From NCBI GenBank assembly GCA_963663225.1, contig OY760142.1, positions 195,913 through 259,912 on the forward strand: a stretch of DNA of 64,000 nt, given 5' to 3'. Shown here piece by piece: positions 58,993 through 64,000 of this stretch (the first letter of the stretch is position 1; every line of letters begins with the position of its first letter). The notes below the pieces were generated by a model. The model did not search any database. It saw only the letters and a list, made by a program, of their open reading frames with translations, and was not told the DNA's origin. This DNA comes from Nitrospirota bacterium (GTDB lineage Bacteria > Nitrospirota > UBA9217). The position numbers and the translations under genes were made by a program.

Positions 58993-59159
58993 GAGTCCCG
59001 CGCTCAAGCAGCGCGGGGCTCAACTCGTCGTTCTCCCCTCGCTTCGCAAACGAGGGGAGAATCCCGGGGCTGAGCCTAAGCCCCATCCCCTTGCAAAAAC
59101 GCTCGGGGAGAACCAGGGGCTCGAAACCTACCGCTAACGCGGAGGCTCAGCCCCGGGAT
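58993..59159. repeat. GC-rich cluster of nested hairpins / inverted repeats downstream of the HNH gene
   Basis: Hairpin 58993-59021 (GAGTCCCGCGC/GCGCGGGGCTC, one mismatch); perfect 10-bp hairpin 59032-59060 (TCTCCCCTCG/CGAGGGGAGA); 16-bp inverted repeat pair ATCCCGGGGCTGAGCC (59061-59076) and GGCTCAGCCCCGGGAT (59144-59159). Confidence 0.6.
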
Positions 59160-59205
59160 TAGTCCATGACAGAAGCTATTCACACCCGTAAGGAGACTTT
59201 TCACA

Positions 59206-59952
59206 GTGGACATCCCACGGATATTCAACATTACTGAAAGTGCTCACCGCATCCACAACCCGTTCACAGCCGAAAAGCTCGCCACTCTCGGCGCGGCGCT
59301 GCGTCTGGAATCGGGAGCCCGAGTGCTCGACCTCGGCAGCGGTTCTGGAGAGATGCTGTGTACCTGGGCACGCGATCACGGCGTCATCGGCACCGGCATC
59401 GACATGAGCAAGTTATTCACCGAGCAAGCGAAACTCCGTGCTGAAGAACTCGGCGTCGCCCATCAAGTCAAGTTCATCCATGGCGATGCTGCCGGCTATG
59501 TCTCTGACGAGAAGGTCGATGTGGCAGCCTGTCTCGGTGCCACTTGGATCGCCGGGGGATTCACGGGCACTATCGAACTTCTGGCGCGGAGCCTGCGCAC
59601 CGGAGGGATCATCCTCATCGGCGAGCCCTACTGGCGGCAGTTACCGCCGACGGAAGATGTTGCCAAGGGGTGTCTTGCCAACTCAATCTCCGACTTTCTC
59701 ATGCTTCCAGAACTTCTCGCGTCTTTCGGCCACCTTGGCTACGATGTCGTTGAAATGGTTCTGGCTGACCAAGACGGCTGGGACAGATACGAGGCGGCCA
59801 AATGGCTCACCATGCGCCGATGGCTTGAAGCCAATCCCGACGACGAGTTAGCGAAAGATGTTCGAGCCAAACTGACCTCGGAACCCGAGCGCTACGCCGC
59901 TTACACGCGTGAATACCTGGGCTGGGGTGTGTTCGCGCTGATGCCGCGGTGA
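59206..59952 (+). CDS. class I SAM-dependent methyltransferase
   Basis: 248 aa ORF with GTG start preceded by AAGGAGA RBS; motif I VLDLGSGSGEM. GC-rich coding sequence (by eye). Confidence 0.75.
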   Translation: MDIPRIFNITESAHRIHNPFTAEKLATLGAALRLESGARVLDLGSGSGEMLCTWARDHGVIGTGIDMSKLFTEQAKLRAEELGVAHQVKFIHGDAAGYVSDEKVDVAACLGATWIAGGFTGTIELLARSLRTGGIILIGEPYWRQLPPTEDVAKGCLANSISDFLMLPELLASFGHLGYDVVEMVLADQDGWDRYEAAKWLTMRRWLEANPDDELAKDVRAKLTSEPERYAAYTREYLGWGVFALMPR

Positions 59953-60077
59953 TGCGGGGATTACCGGGCGACTCAAAAAGTGGAGAAAATCCAATCATGC
60001 CTACCAAGTCATTTAAGCCTATACCGCTGCGCGGAGAGGTTTAATTCAGGCATTAAATATCGAGGTGTATTGAAATT

Positions 60078-61292
60078 ATGGCTCATATCTCGCTGCAAGA
60101 ACTCCAATCCCGCTGGGACCGCTGTCGAAAGCTGCTGAAGGAGCATGTCCCTGCTGCAGAAGGTCTGTTCGTCTTTTCCCGACTGAACATCTATTACTTC
60201 ACCGGCACCTTCGGGAATGGCGTGTTCTATCTTCCGCTCCAGGGCGAACCTGTGCTGCTCTGCAGGCGCGGCTATGATCGCGCATCCATCGAATCGCCCG
60301 TGAAAAGGATCGTTCCGTTTTACAGTTACAAGGACGTGGAAGGTGTGCTCCGGGATGCGGGAGCGCCGATGGGCAAAACCGTTGCCGTGGAGATGAATGG
60401 GCTTTCATGGATGCTGGGAAACAGCTTCTCCAAGTATCTGCCTGGCAGCTCGTTCCTGTCCGATGACAAGGTGATCTCGATGACGCGGAGCCGGAAGTCC
60501 GCGTGGGAATTGGAGCGGATTCGGACCGCAGGGGCAAAGCATAAGACCTGCCTGGTTGACCTGCTTCCGCGGCTCCTGCAGAAAGGCATGTCCGAACTCG
60601 AGATGGCGCATACCATTTCTCACCTTTTCTTCTCCCAAGGCCATCAGGGCATCCTGCGCACGGAGAATTACGGGGAAGAGGTCTACCTCGGCTATATCTC
60701 CATCGGCGAGAGTGGGAATTATCCCAGTGTGTTCAACGGACCCCTCGGCCTGCGCGGTGTCCATCCGGCGATACCTCACATGGGTTCCCAGCAGGTGCTC
60801 TGGGAAGAAGGAATGCCGTTGACCATCGATAACGGATTCATGCATGAAGGCTATCAGACGGACAAGACCCAGGTCTACTGGCTTGGAGAGAGGAACACGA
60901 TCCCCTCTCAGGTCCAGGCAGCGTTCGACTGCTGCGTCGAGATCCAGGCGCGGACCGCGGAGCAACTGAAACCCGGCGTCCGGCCGTCGGACCTTTGGGA
61001 GCAGAGCCTGCAATATGCGGAGAAAAAGGGCTTCGAAGACGGGTTCATGGGCCTGGACCGGAACAAGGTGCCCTTTTTGGGCCACGGCATCGGTCTCGCC
61101 ATTGATGAGTATCCGGCAATTGCGAAAGAGTTTGATCTACCTCTTGAAGAGAGCTGTGTGCTGGCCATCGAGCCGAAGATAGGAATTCCCTGCGTGGGCA
61201 TGGTCGGCGTGGAGAACACCTTCGAAGTCACGGCCAAGGGCGGGAGGTGCCTCACCGGAGAGAAACACGAGATCATTTGCGTGGCATCGTAG
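60078..61292 (+). CDS. M24-family metallopeptidase (Xaa-Pro aminopeptidase/creatinase-like)
   Basis: 404 aa ORF; N-terminal creatinase-like domain; M24 metal-binding region FLGHGIGLAIDEYP and C-terminal LAIEPKIG...GVENTF. Confidence 0.8.
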   Translation: MAHISLQELQSRWDRCRKLLKEHVPAAEGLFVFSRLNIYYFTGTFGNGVFYLPLQGEPVLLCRRGYDRASIESPVKRIVPFYSYKDVEGVLRDAGAPMGKTVAVEMNGLSWMLGNSFSKYLPGSSFLSDDKVISMTRSRKSAWELERIRTAGAKHKTCLVDLLPRLLQKGMSELEMAHTISHLFFSQGHQGILRTENYGEEVYLGYISIGESGNYPSVFNGPLGLRGVHPAIPHMGSQQVLWEEGMPLTIDNGFMHEGYQTDKTQVYWLGERNTIPSQVQAAFDCCVEIQARTAEQLKPGVRPSDLWEQSLQYAEKKGFEDGFMGLDRNKVPFLGHGIGLAIDEYPAIAKEFDLPLEESCVLAIEPKIGIPCVGMVGVENTFEVTAKGGRCLTGEKHEIICVAS

Positions 61293-61535
61293 AATCTGAA
61301 CAGACATCGAGGGACACGACAGATTATCGATGGCGACTATTTCTATCACATGAAATCTCCGACTCCTCCATTATCCTTCCCCTTCTAAACCCGCGTAAAC
61401 CGTGCACTAAAATTTGCTAAAAACATTCTCAGTACAGAAATTCTGCTCATACAATATGTAAGAACATCCAGCTTAATTTCGTTTGCATTACCTCCTGCTC
61501 AATGAGATAATGCAGTTAAATTTTCTGGAGATTTT

Positions 61536-62363
61536 ATGTCATTTATTCCCGGCCTTGTGCCAGTAAAAAACTCCACCAAAGACGACTGGTGGTTTATCAT
61601 CTGTGGTTCCAGCCTTCTGGTTACCCTGTCAGAAACCGACGCAGCTGTTCCCCGCTCACCCCAAATAGCGTTTCTGAAAGAAAAGCTCTCGAAAATATCA
61701 TATCTGGGAAGGTTGGACGACGCAGGATGTTTTGTTGCCGAACTGCAGGAACGCGGAGAAGAACTTCAAGGGATGCGCTTGCAGGAATTACGTCCTCTTC
61801 TCGGGTTGCTGAGCGATGAAATGTTTTCCATTGCCGGCCGCGCTTTTCAGCTCCTGCACTGGGACCAAACGCACCAGTTCTGCAGCAGATGCGGGTCGCG
61901 CACAGGACCAAAGAAGGATGAACGGGCAAAATTGTGCCCTCAGTGCGGCCTGGTCGATTACCCGGCCATCTCTCCGGCAATCATCGTGGCTGTCGTTAAA
62001 GACCGTGAAATACTTCTGGCACAGGCCCGGCGGTTCGTCACCCGGTTCTACAGCGTGCTCGCCGGTTTTGTTGAGCCCGGAGAAACCTTTGAGGAATGTG
62101 TACAACGAGAAGTCAAGGAGGAAGTGGGCCTCGACGTGGACCGCATCGAATATTTCGGCAGCCAGCCATGGCCCTTCCCCAATTCCCTGATGGTCGCCTT
62201 TACGGCGGTACATGCAGGCGGTGAAATCAAGATCGACGGGACAGAAATCGTCGACGCGCAATGGTTTGCAGCGAACGCCCTTCCCGAAATACCCAAAAAA
62301 GGAGCAATTGCCCGGCGATTGATCGACTGGTTTGTGGAGAATCAAAAAAGCACTACTGCCTGA
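61536..62363 (+). CDS. nudC: NAD+ diphosphatase (NADH pyrophosphatase, Nudix family)
   Basis: 275 aa ORF; zinc ribbon CSRCGSRT...CPQCG; Nudix box GFVEPGETFEECVQREVKEEVGL; NudC-specific SQPWPFPNS. Confidence 0.9.
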   Translation: MSFIPGLVPVKNSTKDDWWFIICGSSLLVTLSETDAAVPRSPQIAFLKEKLSKISYLGRLDDAGCFVAELQERGEELQGMRLQELRPLLGLLSDEMFSIAGRAFQLLHWDQTHQFCSRCGSRTGPKKDERAKLCPQCGLVDYPAISPAIIVAVVKDREILLAQARRFVTRFYSVLAGFVEPGETFEECVQREVKEEVGLDVDRIEYFGSQPWPFPNSLMVAFTAVHAGGEIKIDGTEIVDAQWFAANALPEIPKKGAIARRLIDWFVENQKSTTA

Positions 62364-62504
62364 CGGGCGACGGGCAGATGCCGGAAAAACGCTGCGGGAA
62401 CCAAAAACATGTGCCTCCGCTCTATAAAACAAAAGGCAGAGTGCTCTGCATACTGCACTTCGCACCCTGCCTCATAACGAGTTTCAAATATATTGCAATA
62501 GTAT

Positions 62505-63077
62505 TTATTTTCTCGATGTATCGATGATGTATCCTGCTATGAGACCGCCTACTTGCAAAGGTAACATTTTATCCGTAGCACCGGCAGAATACGCTCCTGC
62601 AAATGGGTTTGTATCCTCTCTGATATCTCGTTCACTCACAAGGTTTCCCGAAGCAGCATCGATCAGCTTCACATGAACAGTCATCTCTGATCTTCCTGCC
62701 ATGTCACCGAGCCAGATTCGTGCCCCAGTACCCACAATCCTCATTTGAGTCAATTCCCCTTGCACGATCAGCGTCGAATCCGACCGCTCTGCAGTCGAAA
62801 CATATTTTACATTTTCAAACAAATTTGATTTCATCAACTCTGCGGCACAACTTGATTGAGCATCCGCTAACACTCCCTTCGGATTATCAGTTTCCTGGAC
62901 GCCCCTCGGAGTTATGAAAAAATTTACCAGTTGGACATTTTTATATTTCATATCAGCTTTAGATAGTCTTTCATACGGATTTGTTTTGACTTCTTCGTTA
63001 CGATGACACGCTGATACAACCAACAGCACGCTTAAGATACCTACCACAACCATTGATAACCTTGCAGAATTCCTCAT
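62505..63077 (-). CDS. lipoprotein, function unknown
   Basis: 190 aa ORF with signal peptide and lipobox (LLVVSACH). Confidence 0.6.
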   Translation of the reverse strand: MRNSARLSMVVVGILSVLLVVSACHRNEEVKTNPYERLSKADMKYKNVQLVNFFITPRGVQETDNPKGVLADAQSSCAAELMKSNLFENVKYVSTAERSDSTLIVQGELTQMRIVGTGARIWLGDMAGRSEMTVHVKLIDAASGNLVSERDIREDTNPFAGAYSAGATDKMLPLQVGGLIAGYIIDTSRK

Positions 63078-63249
63078 TATCTTCCTCTCCTTTTGCGAAC
63101 TGCCTCTAAAATAAATTTTATTTGCCTATTATTTTATGTAATTTAGTGCAATTTTATGCAATTCTACGCTTTTCTTTGCATTAAATCAAATTTATTTCCT
63201 ATCTCACCAGAGACGTTTGACTATTTATATAAAACCAATTTATTTGTTG

Positions 63250-63278
63250 TTGACATATTTAAATTGTTATTGTATGTT
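63250..63278 (+). promoter_or_regulatory. putative sigma-70-type promoter for the downstream response-regulator gene
   Basis: TTGACA, 17-nt spacer, TATGTT, about 90 nt upstream of the ATG at 63369, in an AT-rich intergenic region. Confidence 0.3.
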
Positions 63279-63368
63279 TTATTTTACGCATATTTATATT
63301 TATTTCGGATTCTAACTATTTTCCGTTTGGATCAATGAAGGCAGGTCGTTTGAGGAGCATTTATTTTG

Positions 63369-64000
63369 ATGACAGAGCAGTCTTTAAATAGGAACCACGT
63401 AATACTAGTTGTTGATGATGATCATCCGGTACTTGAAGCAATAAGCGCGCAGCTTGACGCATGTGGATATACCGTAGTAACGTGCCTCAATGCACAGGAA
63501 GCCATTGACAAGTATCAATCCACCGACATTGATGTTATTCTTACGGACATCAAGATGCCCGGGCTTTCCGGCATCGAGCTTGCTGAAAGAATCCACGCAT
63601 TAAACGCCGATGTTCCGATTATTCTCATCACTGCATACGCAGATATAAAAACCGCTGTTGACGCGATCCATGGGGGCGCTTTTGATTTTATAACCAAACC
63701 GTATAAATTCGATTATCTGAAGGAATCAGTGAAAAAGGCAATACGATTTACTGAAATGGTTCGGCATGAGAAGGACTATAAGCGCATCCTTGAAGAAGAG
63801 GTCAGACAAAAGACCAAATCTCTTTCTGATATGAGCAGGGAGTTTATCGTACGTTTGACAACGGTTGCGGAATTCAGGGACGAAGATACAGGCGCGCATA
63901 TTTCGAGGATAGGATTGTATGCGAAGGAGATCTCCGAAACTCTCGGCATGCCTTTCGATTTTATCGACCGAATAAGTCTTGCAGGCTCACTCCACGATAT
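63369..64000 (+). CDS. response regulator with receiver domain and HD-GYP-type phosphodiesterase domain (RpfG-like); 3' end truncated by the window edge
   Basis: ATG at 63369 preceded by GAGGAG RBS; receiver LVVDDDHP...ILTDIKMPGLSG...KP; start of HD-GYP domain EFRDEDTGAHISRIGLYA...LAGSLHDI. Not in the ORF track because no stop lies within the window. Confidence 0.75.
   Translation, partial: MTEQSLNRNHVILVVDDDHPVLEAISAQLDACGYTVVTCLNAQEAIDKYQSTDIDVILTDIKMPGLSGIELAERIHALNADVPIILITAYADIKTAVDAIHGGAFDFITKPYKFDYLKESVKKAIRFTEMVRHEKDYKRILEEEVRQKTKSLSDMSREFIVRLTTVAEFRDEDTGAHISRIGLYAKEISETLGMPFDFIDRISLAGSLHD

Noticed and set aside
58986-59010. tRNA-like T-loop and 3' acceptor-like segment (GTTCGAGTCCCGC GCTCAAGCA) suggesting a tRNA gene or att site
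   Set aside because: The 5' half of the T-stem, the anticodon and D arms and a CCA end are all missing, so this is not an intact tRNA. No matching intact tRNA or direct repeat copy was seen elsewhere in the window; it is retained only as a possibility within the repeat finding.
1-64000. CRISPR arrays, rRNA or tRNA genes, insertion sequences, integrases
   Set aside because: No regularly spaced direct repeats, no rRNA-like conserved blocks, no complete tRNA cloverleaf and no transposase/integrase-like translations were seen on either strand.

Overview
Gene-dense bacterial chromosomal segment with about 58 protein-coding genes; I found no rRNA, intact tRNA, CRISPR array, transposase or integrase. 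Coordinates 3-43200 form one long, almost gap-free minus-strand polysaccharide (EPS/capsule-like) biosynthesis and export supercluster that runs off the left edge of the window. Its gene set matches the hallmark content of exosortase/PEP-CTERM-associated EPS loci (ExeA-like ATPase, outer-membrane beta-barrel, Wza-like exporter, split Wzc, asparagine-synthase-like amidotransferase, FemAB/GNAT-like paralogs, polysaccharide deacetylases, adenylate-forming ligases with carrier proteins and a PLP decarboxylase), but no exosortase gene is present in the window. A divergent AT-rich promoter region separates it from glmS (43699-45528, +). Downstream lie a convergent NuoE/NuoF-type iron-sulfur flavoprotein operon (45698-51601, -), a malic enzyme gene with a near-consensus sigma-54 promoter (51922-53241, -) and a sigma-54 two-component system (53674-56906, -). 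The most unusual stretch is a low-GC two-gene islet (57395-58975, +) encoding a minimal nucleotide-cyclase-like palm-domain protein and an HNH-nuclease protein, followed by a GC-rich cluster of nested hairpins; I regard this as a candidate undescribed signalling/defence module. The right end carries a SAM methyltransferase, an M24 peptidase, nudC, a lipoprotein and a partial HD-GYP response regulator. All calls rest on reading the six-frame translations and the DNA by eye; no database search, HMM or computed statistic was available, and family names (including TIGRFAM-style names) are from memory of motifs.
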